64,000 nucleotides of DNA from Blastocystis sp. Blastoise (GCA_039096225.1 JBBPEB010000034.1:992001-1056000); one strand, 5' to 3'; positions 17,868 through 40,079 are shown, numbered from the stretch's first letter. Made by a program: numbers and translations. Notes: generated from the sequence alone by a model not told the origin.

Positions 17868-19696
17868 TATTAATGACAAAGAGAAACTTGACATAACTAC
17901 AATCCATGAGAATACAAAGTGTATACTAGATGAAAAACAGAAAACATGTCTTCTTAGTCCTTCTGACCTTTTACCATTTTCAGATGATGATATTTCAACT
18001 ATATCCAGTAAAGAATGTATATTTACATGTAATATCATTAATCAAGAAGAAACTGATGAAGAGACAGAAAAATATGAAGATAAGCTTTATGAAAAAGCTA
18101 AAGTACATAATTATATTTATATTATAAATTATATATTATATTTATCTGCTTATCAAATTGGTATTTTTATATTTCCTGTAGTTTCTAGTTATTTCCTATC
18201 GTTTTATATATTATATTTGTGTATAAAAACTATTTATTACTATATATATTATATTTTTATACTATAGAAAATTCTTAAAGAGGATTCGATTTCAGTACGA
18301 AGATCAAGTGATTTATATCTAAATGATTTTATTATTGATACATATATTAATTATTTATGGCTGGCATTTAAATTATCAAGTCAATCTAAAGATTCTATTA
18401 ATACCATTTATATAATTGATTATTTTAAAAGAATTATAATCGATAGGCAACTGGCTAATAATCAGTCAAATGTATGTTTATAGTTTATATATTATTATTA
18501 TTTATAGTACTCTAGCCTTATTAATAAAATCATTTTGAGTAATACAAATCTAATAATAATACCATACTGTCAGTATACATTATGTTTACAAATTAATTCA
18601 TTTTTTTAGTTATAACCATTGGATTCTCTATACAGTGAGTACTGTAGCTATTAATAATATTGCTAATGGTATATATTTATTATTAAAAAATGTTTAATTG
18701 CTATTTCTTTGTTTATTTCGTTTTTAATATTTTTATCTTTGCTATATTTAGAGTTGAAAAAAAATAAACTAAGAAATTCAATAGATGTATGTAATTATAT
18801 ATAAAAAATTATTATTTATAAAGCTGGAAATCAGGTGCTATAACTCAATGGAACGAATTACTATTAATTATAACTGTGCAATAATTAAGTACTATTTATT
18901 TCTTATTATATTACTAATCTATTTATAGTTTTGTAAATGCTTTATTTCGAGAAATTATCAAAATGAGATGCCATTATACAGATGATGAATGTAAAGACCT
19001 TTTAAAGATATTAAATACGCAAATAAATGTTTATGTATTATTTTTTTTTATATTACTATTTATTTAGGAATCTCCTCAACAACACAACTCATATGACTGT
19101 GGTTGCTATTTACTAATGAATACGAAATATATTATTGAAAATTACTCAATTTGGATAAATAATCCTTCTATTAGTTATACCTTTAGCAGTAGTGTAATAA
19201 GAAGTGTTATACTAGAAAAGATGGCATTAATGTCACGTATTCCTGGATATAACAGTGTAAAACGATGTATGTAATATTATTTATATATATTAATAAATAT
19301 ATAGTTTTTACTGATATTGAATCCTCAATAAATTATATTAAAGAAAACACTCATTATGATACTATAGTAAGTGACAGGGAATATAATACTAGACAAAAAT
19401 CGTTTATAGAATTTATACAATTAAATAAGTATTTTTTAATATATGTAATTCTTTATACTCTATCTTTATTTAGCAAGATCTTCCATGATAATTTAGGCTT
19501 AACATTTAAGAATCTAAAAAACAAGCAGCAGCTTCCTATTCTTAAAAAAAAAATAAAAAAACAAAAATTGTATTATATTAATAAAGCACTTTTAATTCTG
19601 GATCCAAATCGTAAACGAACAAAACATGCGAAGAGATTTTTTGCACGTAAAGTATCCAGAAAAAAGAATCTAACAAATTCGTATATATATATATTC

Positions 19697-19700
<4 letters not shown>
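16674..19700 (+). pseudogene. 5'-truncated multi-exon gene with a C-terminal Ulp1/SENP (C48) protease domain, possibly transposon-borne (3' end approximate)
   Basis: GT-AG introns. Exons give LNDFIIDTYINYLW (~18319), NHWILY (~18614) and PQQHNSYDCGCYLL (~19074). The first exon frame (KLPDDVTLF...) starts right after an in-frame stop inside the hairpin, with no ATG. Confidence 0.65.
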
Positions 19701-19745
<45 letters not shown>

Positions 19746-19828
19746 ATTCTATTAAATTGTTTACTATATGATATATTATGTTTACATATATATAGTTATA
19801 TTCAATTATTTTTTGCATAATTATATTC

Positions 19829-19900
<72 letters not shown>

Positions 19901-20933
19901 TTTCATAATATTATTTGAATAATTATACACATTATATATAGTCGTAAAGCTTATAAGGATAAACTAAATACCACAGAATAAATAAATATGGACTAAACAC
20001 AAAATAAAGCACAAGAATAAAACAATTTATTTTCTCATATTTTATTTGTCGTTAATTTTTATTTTTATAGTTTATTATTTTATTTTAATTATAAATCTTT
20101 ATTTATGTCAATATAGTAAAAATTATATTTATTTTGTAAGAAAATACTCTCCATTTTAAAGAATTCACTACATTTGTTAAAATTGTGTTTTTGCTTTGAG
20201 TATTTTATTGTGATAACTTTACTAGTCTGAAATTGACTGAATACAAATAGACTCACTTAATTTACAACTTCAAGACAAGAAATGTAGAAATGTTTACGTT
20301 TTTTTTATTAAAAGCTCAAAATAGTTCAGTGTACCTTTATTTATAATTTAATATTATATAAGAGTGCCAAAACAAAGTTTATACCCAGAATTCTGAGTGA
20401 TATACTAAGAATGACAAAAAACAAGTTTATATTTTATTTCCTGTCGTCTTATACAAGTATCACAATAGCATACATACTGTGTTTACATTAAAATCTATCA
20501 TTTAAGATAATATAAAAGTTGAATAATATATGGGACGACTTTGATAAATTTTTAGAAGTTCTTTTAGAAGAAAAATACAAGAGTAAATTATTATTGGTAA
20601 AAAAAAAGTTCATTTTATGACTCACTCGTCCCGCGGGACGACCAAAAATAAAACACAAAAACGGGACGAGGTTAATCAAGTTCTCTAAAAGAATAAAGTC
20701 AAAAAGAATTTATTTATTTTTAGAATGAATTCCTATAAAATAAACTAAATGCAGCTCTGACCAATGAGATAGAAATAACAAATATAAAAGAATACAAGAA
20801 AAGGAAGAAATAAACAATTAAAAGATCTTCAAGGAATACTAACTACTTATGATATAATAATTATTGTTAAAGAATAAATAATAATAACTAAAATTTAAAA
20901 AAAAAAGAAATATACATATATATATAATAATAA

Positions 20934-22773
20934 TTAATGACAATATTTTTTAGCTTCCATCGTTGTTGGTTTATGAATAAATAAATCAGTTCTATTAATT
21001 AACGTGACATCATTTTCTCGAAGTATATTAGTATAAGATTCTCGAATACCTCTATGTGACAAAGGTGTACTCGAAAGCATAGAAAGAAAACTAAGCATAA
21101 CATCATCAGTATGTGTATAACAATCCAGATAGGGTAATATATGCATATGTTTATTAATAACATCTTTTGAAAATAACATTCCAGGACCATCCGCAAATGG
21201 AATAAAATAAGGAATACAAAAAGCAGGTGTTGAATGTTTAAACACTAACGATTTATCAGGATAAGAAACAAATTTACGACCTAAATATAAATTTGTTTTA
21301 GGTTTTTTTTCTAGAATAGAATATAAAAAGTAGACATTTAAGCATATATCATCATCCGTAATCATAATAAATTGTGTATTTGATTTCGACATAAGAAATA
21401 GATCCTCAATCATAAATGTTTTTAATGTATTATTTTGATAATTATCAACAATATTAGCAACAATAATATCATTATGCGATTGTAATTCATTATTAAAAAT
21501 TTCTTCTTCTTTTTTTGTTGCATTTTCTTTAACTCCACTAACGAAATAAACTATATATTTGAAATTATCATTTACATGTATAGATTTCCATGTTTTTCTT
21601 ATTAAATCACGTCGATCTTGATATACATATCCAGTTTTAACAAATATAACGACATCATAATTATCAAATAAATCAGATAATTGATTAAATACTGGAAAAT
21701 GAAGAAATGTGAATCGTATGTTAACAGGATAAATATTAATAACCTCATGATAACTAATATCATCCTTAATAGTACTAATACCTTTTCTATAACTACTTAT
21801 ATATTTAATAGTAGATTTATTATCATAATATTGAAGTGGATTTTGTGTAGAATAATATACTTTCCATAATGATGTTTCTGGTTTATTCTTATATATAGAA
21901 GAAATTTGTCCACATAATAAATCACCTTCATTATAAGAAGTAGATATATTTAATTCTAAAAGAACATTCTTTGCTATATCCAAATAATTCTTTGGATATA
22001 TATGTATAAATTCATTTCTTTGATTGTATCTTTTTTCAATTTTATTATAACATATTTTTTTATTTCCAAATCGTTTACAATATTGCCAAATAGCATCAAC
22101 ATCTTGACCTTTTAATAAAGTATCTAAGGTTTCTTTATGTAATGTATTATTCTTTAAATTTAATTTTAATTGTCTTTGAGGACGATTCATAGCTAAGAAA
22201 TCATTACCTAATTGTTCATAATTATAATATTCCACAAAACGTATTTCATTTAATGTTCTCATTTGATTTTCCCATAGAGTTTCAACAGTTGACAATGAAG
22301 AATTTAAAGAAAGAGAAACTGATGGTTGAGAAGATTCTTTAGAATGCTGTAAATTATTATTTGGATTTTCTATTGTCTTGAGATCTATTGGAATAGAATT
22401 ATTGACAATAGGAGTGTCTACAGGAGTAGAAATGATAGAAATGGTTTTGTTGGATACAGAATCTTTAGTAGTTTTATCGCTACTATGTTTAGATAATACA
22501 GACGATAATTCTGATTGTATGGTATTAATCAAAAGATGTTGCTTATTCAATTCTCGAGTTCCATTGCGTAATTTCATTTGAATTACTATAGCACATTATA
22601 GAAAATAAATAGTTCAGCATACAATAGTTAGTTGAAAAATGACTTTGAGCCAATTCTTGATGAAAAACTCCAAGATTCAACACAAGATTTGGTAGATATT
22701 CTTGAACATACCAACGTACCCATACTGTAAAGATACAAACAGCAATGAGTGTTATCACAATCTTGAATTTCAT
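20934..22773 (-). CDS. GT31-family beta-1,3-galactosyltransferase-like type II membrane protein (2 exons; intron 22586-22622)
   Basis: RRDLIRKTW, DIIVANIVDNYQNNTLKT, FIMITDDD, GPGMLFS, DDVML. The N-terminal signal-anchor exon joins in frame across a 37-bp GT-AG intron. Confidence 0.9.
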
Positions 22774-23069
22774 AATTCTATTCTTAAATCGTTAAATATG
22801 TGTTTTGATGAAAATCGACTGAAAATAGTGGGAATTTTTTCTTTTCAATTTTTTTTTAATTTTTTAGTGAAAAGATAGTTAAATGTGTATGATTTCATCG
22901 TATAGAGCATTTATAAAGACTGTTGATAATAAAAAATGATATGATTTAATAAAAGAAAAAGAATTAATGAAATATTGTACAATGAGAAAAAGTTTGTTAG
23001 TAGATGAATCATAGATACTATAGTTAGCTAGAAGAATATAGTAGAATGATCCAAAGGCAATATTGTGAA

Positions 23070-24165
23070 CTATTTAAAGTTGTAATCCTTTATTTTTGCA
23101 GAATTCGATAATATCTCTATTTCTTTCTTGAGTCATTTTTACATATTCATCAAATGTTAATGATGCCTATAAAGATATTTTAAATAGAAATATAATTATT
23201 TAATAGTAAATAAATAATAATAAATATACAAGTTGCGTTTCGTATGTAGTCAATTCAATTCTATTAAATAATTCACTATATATTATATTATTATATTATT
23301 TTAAATTATTATTATATTATTATATTTATTATATTTATTATTATTATATAATAATAATATATATATATATATACGCATCTGGTTTTTGTCTATATCCTGA
23401 TTTTTGAATAAGATGACGTAATGTAGTTTTAACATCCCAATCTATATATATATAATAAATATTATATAATAAAAATAATAGTATATACTTATAATAAAAT
23501 ATAAATGTTAAAAAGTAGAAAAATATTCTGAATATTTTATATATATATACCCTGTTCTTTTGCAACTTCTGGTAAATAAGTAGCTCTATAATACTCACCA
23601 TCTTCTTCAAACTCTATAATAATACCATGTTTTCCTACCTAAAATAAAACTTTTATTAAATAAAAGAAAAAACAAATAATTAAATCAAAAAAACAACACA
23701 TACAATCCAATCAAAACAAGATTTCTGTTTTGTAAATGAATGTAAAAGAGATACGGTGCATCTCAAAGAAGAAACTTCTTCAATACTTATTGGATCAAAA
23801 CGATAATCTTTAAATGCACTATATCACAAATAATAAAATAAAATTATACTTTAAAAAAGATATAAATAAACTATATATTGAATAATATACCTGCTTATTG
23901 CATATCTATCAATATCCGAAATAGAAATAGGTGATAAATATCCAATACATCCACGTAAATCGTATTCTCCATGATTGAATTTCTTAAATGTAACAAAGAT
24001 ACCACTATACATTTGTTATACAATAGTTGTAGGATGTAATCAGATAATTTTAATATACTATTTCAAAGTAGTATCGAATTCAGAATTGCTTAATGGATAC
24101 TTGACAAGTTTATTTAAGATTACATCAAAGCATCGCATCATCATTTCTGGTTTTACTAATGACAT
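23070..24165 (-). CDS. AMMECR1-domain protein (multi-exon)
   Basis: DLRGCIG, AFKDYRFDPI, VGKHGIIIEF, ATYLPEVAKEQ, LIQKSGY. Confidence 0.9.
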
Positions 24166-24590
24166 TTCGTTTTTAACTTAATAAAAAGCAATATTTTAAA
24201 TAAAAAGAAATTTTTTAAACAAGAGAAGATTTTTTTTTTTGGAGAAATTCTTTTAAAACACAAATAGTATTATTTATTTTTTTAATTCTTTTAAACTTGA
24301 TCTTTTATTATGACAAGGAAAACAAAACATAATTAAACTCCAGCAAAAAGTGATTATAAGTACAATAAGTAATTAATTATAAAAAAAAAGATTAAAAATA
24401 TATAAATATATATATATATATTAAAATAATGCATAGTATTCATACAAATAATAGTAGTACACAAAGAGAATACAAGTAGATAAATAAATAATGCAAATTA
24501 AATAAATAAATACGAAAGCAATCAATATATATTTAAAAACAAAAAAAAATATTAAAATATATTATTATAAAACAATAATTATTTATATAT

Positions 24591-25166
24591 TTAAACTTTT
24601 TTATCTTCAATAGAAAGAGTATTAGCAGAATCATTAATAAAACGATCTGTCTTTTCAGCTCTACTTATAAATAAATCATGTTTTTGATGTTTATATTGTT
24701 CCCATTTAGGGAATTCAGCAAAGAAATCATTAATTTCAGAAGCATACTTAGGTTCAGCTTCAATAACCTTTAATATCTTTACAGCATTCACTTTAGCACA
24801 AGCAGGATCTTCAACCTTTTCCATATCATCATCTAACATATTCATTAAGAATGAAATCATTTGTTCATCTAAAGCCTTACGAACTAATTTCGTACTCTTT
24901 GAAGCAAATAATAATCTTGTTGTTTCAAGAACATAAGCAGCATCACTATCTAAATTCTTTAATACTTTCTTTAATCCTCTTAATACTTGTTCTTCTATTA
25001 ACTTATCACAACAAATCTTAGAAGGAGCAAGCTATAAATATTATATTATATAAATATTGTATATATAATTATTATATCATTTTAAAACATTTAATAATGT
25101 AAAAAAACAAAAAATAAGAAAAATATTTAAAAAATAAGAAAAAATTATAATAATAATAATATAAAC

Positions 25167-25199
<33 letters not shown>

Positions 25200-28100
25200 G
25201 AATAATACGAATACAAGACATAGATAATTCACCATAAGGATCTTTATCAGCAGCTTTTCTTAATGTCTTCACAAGATTATGAATGTGTCCTAACATAGCA
25301 ACATGTTCAGCTAAAGAGGGTTGGACTTTTAATAAACATACGATACCGGAAGTAGTAATAGATAATATCTTATCTTTAATCTTTTCAGGTTGAGTAGCAT
25401 CAATATACTTCTCTTCTTCTTCATTCTTTTCTTCTACTTTCTTACCATCTAAACGAGCCAATTCACGTTTAGCCTATATATATAATATTATTTATTATTT
25501 ATTATTTATTATATTATAAAATCATTTAAAAAAATAATAACAATAAAAAAATAACAAATAAATTATAACAAAAAAATAAATTATAACACATCCATAATAA
25601 TAATAATAATAATATATATATATATATATATACATCAGCAAACCACATCTTAAAAGCTTCTTCAATAAATAATTTAGGATCACGAAGTGTATATTTAGGA
25701 TCTTTTAAGAATAAACGTACATAAACACCACCAACATATAATTCTTCAGCTAATTCAGGATAATGCATTCTATAATTACTAGGTAATTTGAAATATTCTT
25801 CTTCATATAAACTATCACCCATTTGTTTAATAAAATCTTCTACTGTTTCTCTTAATAAATGTCTCATATCTCCAGTCCAAATACATTCAGGTGTCTCTTG
25901 TTCACCATCAAATTGAACAAAGAATAATTCAGGTTGCTCTTTAACTAAAGATAATAATACACCAGGTATAAATCTTCTTAAATAAATAAGTGATTTAGGA
26001 CCTTCTTTTGAATCATTAGACATTCTATTTAAGAACTTAATAGCTTCTACACGATAATCATGACCAACGGATTCTTCTTCTTTACAAATACCCCAAAGAC
26101 CAAATAATGGACCATTTAATAATATACATTCACGAACAGCATCTGTACCTTCACATAATAATACTAATAAATGGAATATATCCTTACGGCAAGTATATAA
26201 ATCTATAGAAAAAAATATTATAGGTTAGGTTACATATATTATATATTATATATAAAATTCTTATAATAATTGATTTTATGTATTGAATCAATAATAATAA
26301 AATAAATATATACCAGCATATAATAATTTAAAGAAATATTGAATAAGATCTTGTTTAGCAATAACAGCAGAACAAGCAGGTATAGGACAAATACATCTTA
26401 ATACAGGAATAATAGCATCTCTGAATGTATCTTTCTCTTCATAATTACCATCCTCATCATGCACTAAGAAGGACATTAATACTTCTATATCTTCATCAGA
26501 TGTTACCTATATATATATTATATATTATATATTATATATTATACATTATATATATATTATATATATTATAATAAAAAACAATTACAATAATTAAATAATA
26601 TAATAATTAAATAAAAAATAAAAAACTAATATATAAAAAATAAAAAAAAATAATATATATAAAAAAACAAATAATAAATAAAAAAAAAAAACATATCAAT
26701 AAAAAATAAACAAAAAAAATATATACATTATTCACTAATTCCTTATCATTAGTTAATAAAACACTAAGTGCTTTAAGTGTAGATATAATATTACTTCTTT
26801 TTTCTTTAGTTTGATATTTAGTATCTTCAATAGCATCTTGATTAATACGTTTTTCTTTAAGATAAGATAATAAATTAGTTAAGAATTCATCAGAACGTTC
26901 AAATTCTTTAGGTGATTGTTCTAAATAAACACGAACATAAACATCTCCTATTAATAATTCATCACAAACAGCTTCTATTATATAATCATTAATTAAATGT
27001 AAATTAGCTTCACCATTTTCACTTTGATCATGTTGTCTTTCATCAACAAATTCTAATAATTGATCTTTCATATCTGTCTTCCATATAATACGTGGTTCTT
27101 CAATATGTGTATTTAATATCTTTAATAAATTATGACAATCTTTATCAATAAATAATTTACTAACATGATTTGTCATTAATTTAATAATATATCCTTGTAC
27201 TTCATTATTAACAGGAGTAGCTTCATCACCTTCTAAATAACCTCCTAAACGAGATAAAGCATAAGAAGCACGTTTACAATTATTATTAGCAGCAATTTGG
27301 GTATTATTTTCTTGTTGAACTTCAATTTCTTGATGTTCTTCTAAAGAAGGATCATATCTAAATAATAATGGGAATATTGACCATAATGCACAAACAGTAC
27401 CATGTAATAATTTATCTTGTAATACACTAGAAGCACTACAATTAGCAATAGCTTCTAATCCATATTGAACACATTCTACATTTTGTAATAACATAGGATA
27501 TCTAGCAATATCAGACATAATAAGTTCATTATTTTCCATAATAGTACGTCCACTTTCTACTTCACCTAATATACTAATACAATGTATAACTTGTTTAGCT
27601 ACTTCAAATCGAGGATCGTCAGAAGGAGTATCAGGGGTTAATATACATCTATTTAATAAAGTCATTAGTGTATCTAATCCTTTTTCACGTATACATTCTT
27701 CACTATTATAATGTGTACATTTACATGTTAAATATAATAATTCTACACCTACCGATAATAAAGGACATTTTTCAGTTGTGACCATTTCATCTTCACCTAA
27801 AGTAACTAATGGTATTAAATAAGGATAACCAGCATATTTATATTCAGCTAATTCTTTACTAAAACGTCTATAAACAATTCTTTGTGCCTTTAAAATAAGC
27901 ATAATATTAACTGGATCAGGACCACCTTGTTTATTACGTTCATTTGATAATAATTCATAAGCTTTTTGAATCTTCTCAAAAATATCTCTACCTTCAGGAT
28001 TCTTATCAGGATGGTATTTTCTTGCTAATTTACGATATTCCTTCTTAATAGTATTATCATCAGGTTTTTCATCATAATTTTCAAATCCTAATACTTTTAA

Positions 28101-31100
28101 TGCTTCTACTTCACCAATACCAGCACCTTCTTTAGCATTTTCTTTTCTCCATGCATCTAATACTGTTCTTAATAATTCTACAGGTTCAGAAATAGGCCAA
28201 TTAGGGAATTTCTTTTCATCACATAATGCAGCTAAATAGAAATTATGGCACCATAATTCTTCTTTTAATTCTTCATATTGTATTTGAGGAATAGGACCAT
28301 AATCAAATAACATTGTAGGATCTTCACGTAATTTCTTTGCAAAATCCATTATATGTTTATGTACTTCTTCAACTAAGAATTTTCTCATATCATATTTCCA
28401 AATAACTTCGGGTGTATCAAAATTACCTAAGAATATCTTAGCAAATTCTTCAGGACCATGATTAACAAGTGTACATATCATAGATTCAGGTAATAAACTA
28501 CCTAATATACTACGTTTACTAAGAGGTACATCTACAGATAATGCTTCAGCATTTGATCTGAAATTTTGTTTTAAATGTGTTTTATATAAGAATTTTGATA
28601 TAGATAAGAAATTAGAACCAGCATATCCTAAAGCAAAGAAATAAATACCAGTTAAGAATAATTTAGAAACAGCATTTTCATTTTCATCTACAATAGAAGT
28701 AATAGTTTCAGCAGCATAAGCAACTAATTTAGGATCATCAACTAACATTAATTGTGAAATATAACCTAAATAACGTTGTACACCTAATAAACGTTTAGCT
28801 CTAGGAGTAGGTGTTTTTAATGTTTTACCATCAGCAGCATAAGAAGAATGACGAGTAATAAAGAAATTAATAATATCTAATACATTCATAGCTATAGCTA
28901 TAGGAGTTAAATAAGATTGACCTTCCATTAATAATTGCCATCTTAATTGTCTTATATCTTTTATAGGAGTATATTTAGTTTGATCTGATTTTACTAAAGT
29001 ATCAGGAGATATAATATTACGTTTTAATAATGTTTGTAATTTGGATAAAGAAACAGGTCCTTTTTCTAATTTTTCATGTCCTAATAAATACCACCAAACA
29101 CATACTTCATTTTCATCTTTAGGTTCTTCAGAAATATCATTATTAGGATTATTATCCATAGGATTCAAAGGCATAGCAGTATCCATAGGATTAAGAGGCA
29201 TAGTAGTATCCATAGGATTCAAAGGCATAGCAGTATCCATAGGAGAAGATATAATAGGAGTAGCAGTAGTAGTAGTAGTAGAAGGAGTAGTATCCATAGG
29301 CATAGCAAATGAAGACATATTCATATCATCCATAGGAGATAAAGGAGTAACAGGAGTAACAGGAGTAGTTTCAACTTCTATTTCAACTTCTTCTCCTTCT
29401 TCTGTCTTCTTAGCCTTTGTCTTACGAGTACGTTTACCTTTATTAGCAGGTCCACTTGTTAATAATAATGTATTTTGAGTTAAAGAAGCTTGTAATAATG
29501 AAGATAAATGTAATTGTTCAGCAGAAGCAGTATGTGCTAAAGTAAGTAAATCAATTAATAAATCAAAAGTAGTAGAAGATTCTCTTAATAAAATATCAAT
29601 ATTATCAGGATTAGCACATAAAGTCTTGACTAATACTAATAAATGATCTCTATAAGTAAGATTTGAAGTAGTATCAATTAATTTTAATAAATGTAATATT
29701 TCATAGAAACTACCAATATCAGTCATATTCTGTTCATATATATGTACCATAGCACGAACACATAATATCTTATTTTCATACTATATATTTATATAGAATT
29801 ATATATTGAAGAATAATAGAACTATAAAATATAAATTTTTAAATAATCAAAAAAAATATATATATATATAATGATTATAAAATAATTACAACATAAATAA
29901 TTATAAATATATACTTCTTTTTCTCTTAACATACGAGTATAAATAGCTAAGAAAACTTGTTTAACATTTGTGATTCTAAATATAGTTTTATCATCATCAG
30001 CTAAATAGCGAACATAAAAACCATTAACACATATTTCATTAGCTAAAGAAGGATAATCAACAAAGAATTCTTCGAAATTCCAACAGGGTTTTATTTGATT
30101 TTCAATAGTTGATTTAGATTGTTCTTTATCTAAATTAAGTAATTCATTTTCTAAAGCAGTTTTTAATTCATTACGAGTATTATGATTCCAAATACATTCA
30201 TAATTATTACAATCTTGTAATAACTTAAAGAACATTAAAGTAAAATTACCTTCTTCTTTCTTCTTCTCACTATCCTGTATCTTCTTACGTAATCTACTTT
30301 GAGCTAAAGAATGCTTTGTTTCTCCTTCATTATATAATGAACGTTCTTTCTCCTATATATATATATAATTATTATTATTATTATATTTATTATATAATAA
30401 AAATAATTAAATTATATAATACAAATATTATAATTATATAACATTAATAATAATAAAATAATTTATAAAATTAAAATAACAATTAATAATACTATATAAT
30501 ATAACAACATAAAACATACAAGATATTTATTATATTTATCTTCTGTAAGTGCAGGTTGTTCAAGATATCTTAACATACCAATAGGTACACATCTACTTAA
30601 TAATTGACGACTATCTGCATGTTCACCCATCCATAGACCTACTAAATAACGACTTACATAACGTTGATCTTCACTATTACTAAAGATAGCATTATAAAAA
30701 TGACGAAGTAAAACACCTTCAGAAAGAGCAGCTTCTTGCATTAAACTAGCTACTTCTGGTTTACTTTCTTCTACTATAGTCTTCATTAATAAAGCAGTAG
30801 CCATAGTAATACCACTACAATTACTATGGAAAAGATTTAATAAAATACTATGTCTTTCAGATAATAAAGTAAGCATTTTTGATTTATGTTCAGGATCTGT
30901 AGTATCATCATAATCACATAAACATAATTCAAAGAATTCCATTAATATTAATATAACTAAAGTACCAGTAGCAGAAGCAGCATAAAAATCTAAAATTTCA
31001 AATAATGTTTTAATAAATTCTTCATTAGAAAATAATAATTTTTTATTTTCAGATTCTAATTTTTCATTACGAGGATCAGTTGAAGGTAAAACAACAGCTT

Positions 31101-33651
31101 TTAATACTTGTAATACATAGAATACAACACCTTCTAAATTACTCTTTAAACCAGTTATAATTAAATCAATAATTCCTTCAGTTTGTAAGAAATAAAAAGG
31201 TAAATCAGTTCTAAATAATAATCTATATAAAATTTCCCACATAGCAGCAGGAACACGTTCAGGAATAGAAGAAGTAGCAAGAGTTAATTTTAATTGTGCA
31301 TATAAAGGCATATAAGCTGTAAATAATTGTTTTTCTTTCATTCTAAAATCAGGACCTGTAGCAGGAACATTCGCATTAAATTCTTCAACAGAATTCATCA
31401 TATCAGCAGTATAAGGAATGGTATCTCCACGGGAATTCACATTATTAATTTTACCAGCATCAATTAAAGATCTCATACAACTATAAAGATATTATATTTA
31501 TTATTATTAAATAATAATAATAATAATATATATATATATATATATATACGTATCTTCCATATCATCCGCATTTTCTTGTACCTTGGTTCTTATTCTCATG
31601 CCAGGTTGAGGTTCCGAGACCATGACCATTACTCCTACTAACCCTTGGGCCTGACATATATCTAATAAACTACCCAATAAAGCATCACGCTATAGAATTA
31701 GAAGAATAGAATTATTAGAATATAATTATTAGAATATAATTATTAAAATATAATTATTAGAATATAATTATTAGAATATAATTATTAGAATATAATTATT
31801 AGAATATAATTATTAGAATAAAAAAGAAATTCAATTCAATTTTAAATATATATATATATAATATAGAAGACTACTTTCATATAATAAATACATAATATAA
31901 TATAACATATATATATATATATATACCTTAGTACATAGATATCTACGTATAGGAAGAGTATCAAATGAAATAGCCATATTTTGAGGCTCATCCCAACAAC
32001 GAATCAAACGACGAATTTCTGTTAAGGGAATCATAGATACTACAGCGAAACTATAGATATAAACATAAATATAGGTATATATATATAGGGATATATAAGC
32101 ATAATTAAAATGATTATAATGATTATAATAAGAATAATATATAATAATATATAATAATAACAATAATATATAATAACATATAATAAGAATAATAAATAGA
32201 ATAATAAATAGAATAATAAATATAATAAATATATATACAAGCATAAATATAATAAATATTATAAGAATAATATATAATAATATATAATAAATATATAATA
32301 ATATATAATAAATAAATATATATATATATATATATACGTATCAGGATCTCTTTCGACGAGATGTTTGTCGGTGAATTGCATGACTCGTTTTACAGGAGCA
32401 GTATGACGAGCAGATACCTATATATATTATATATTATTAATTCTATATTATTAATTATTATTAATAATACTATAAATATTATATTATATATACTTTATGA
32501 ACATCAAAAGAAGCTAAGACAAAATCATTACATTGATATTCACGTTGTTTCTATATATAAAATAATAATAATAATATAAATATAAAATAATAAATATAAA
32601 ATAAAAATAAAATAATAAATAATAATAATAATATAAATAATAAATATAATAATAAAAAATTCTTTAAATATATACAAGTGCTTTAGCAAGAGTAGTTTTT
32701 CCACGAACTTCTAAAGTAATACCACATAATTTAGCTTTGTCTTTAATTTCATTAAGAAAATGTTTTCTATCATTTAAAATAAATACACGATGTCTACCAC
32801 GAGCATGTATTAATAAACCACCATCGACATCTAAAGTATCAATATATTCTACACAACAATAAGGGTAACGAGCAGCTTCACGATCTATATATATATAGAT
32901 ATTATTATTATTTCTATTCTAAAAAAATAAAGTGAAAAAATAATAGTAATAAAAATAAAACAATAACAGTGATAAAAATAAAACAATAATAGTGATAAAA
33001 ATAAAAAATAATAGTAATAAAAATAAAAAAATAATAGTAATAAAAATAAAAAAAAATAATATTAATCTTTCTAAAAAAAACAACAAAAAATAATAATATC
33101 TATACCTTCAACATATTCAACAATGTCACCAGCATTTGCACTTAAAGTAGAATCTTTTTTATCACCAGTACGACCAACTTTATAACCATTATAAAGAGAG
33201 CCAGTATCTTCATTTCTTGCTTGCATCATGTAAGTTCTTGCACAGCACATAAAATCAGCAAGATTATCAGTAGAGAATTCCATCTCTTGAGAACTATGAT
33301 TATATAGATAAAATCATGTAGGGAAAATGAAAAAACACAAAAAAAAATAAATATTCATAATTTTAAATCATACCTCTTGCCTTTCTTTAAGGATAAGACG
33401 AATGCATCTTCTTCAGTAGTTGAAGGAGATATATCAATAACTTCATTTGTCCATTCCCATTTATTAGTGATACCTAAATGTCCAGGATCCATAGTCATAA
33501 TACCTTGAGGAGACAAACCAATAACTCTTTGATAACTTCCACGCCATTTATGATGCTTTACAGACAAATATCTGGCTTCATATTCTATAGGCTACAAAGA
33601 AAATTAACCCCAATCAATAAAATGAAAACATACAACATCTAATTCAGCCAT
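24591..33651 (-). CDS. DNAJC13: RME-8 / DnaJ homolog subfamily C member 13 (multi-exon)
   Basis: N-terminal KHHKWRGSYQR, IWN-type repeats (CIWNHNTRNEL, EVIWKYDMR, ECIWTGDMR), GYF-like segment, J-domain YHPDKNPEG, C-terminal WEQYKHQKHDLFI. Confidence 0.95.
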
Positions 33652-34194
33652 CTTTTTATTTGTTCTTTCTTAATCAAATATAAAATAGTTTCTTAAAAAA
33701 AAAAGATTATTTTTTAGTTCAGTAATTTCTTAGATTATTGATTTCTCCTTTGTTTAGTATAGAATTAAAATGTTCAGTGATTCAAGAATTCCAGAAAAAG
33801 AAAGATTAAAAACAGTCAATTTTCATTTTTTCATGGGAAAATCTCGAAATCAAAAAAAGAGCATCATAATCCAATAAAATGACGTCTTTCAGATTGTTAC
33901 AAATGAAAAGAATCAATTGAGTTTCATCTTTTATTCTTTTGTATTTCTGATCCTATCTGATTTTATTCTCCTTTATATGATTATGGAACGAATTGATTTT
34001 TGAGTTATTTATTATTTAGAAAGCTATAGATCTAAAAATAAATACAAACCATAAAGAAAACGAAATATAAAAAAGGAATCAAAAACGAGTAAGTACTCTT
34101 GACTTTAAATAATAAAATGAAAATAATTTATATAAAAAAATATATGTTTAGAAATGAAGTACAAATAGGAAAAAAAGTAAACCAAAATAAAACT

Positions 34195-40079
<5,885 letters not shown>

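Noticed and set aside
29041-29478. 145-aa plus-strand ORF
   Set aside because: Antisense shadow of the PMDT-repeat insert in DNAJC13.
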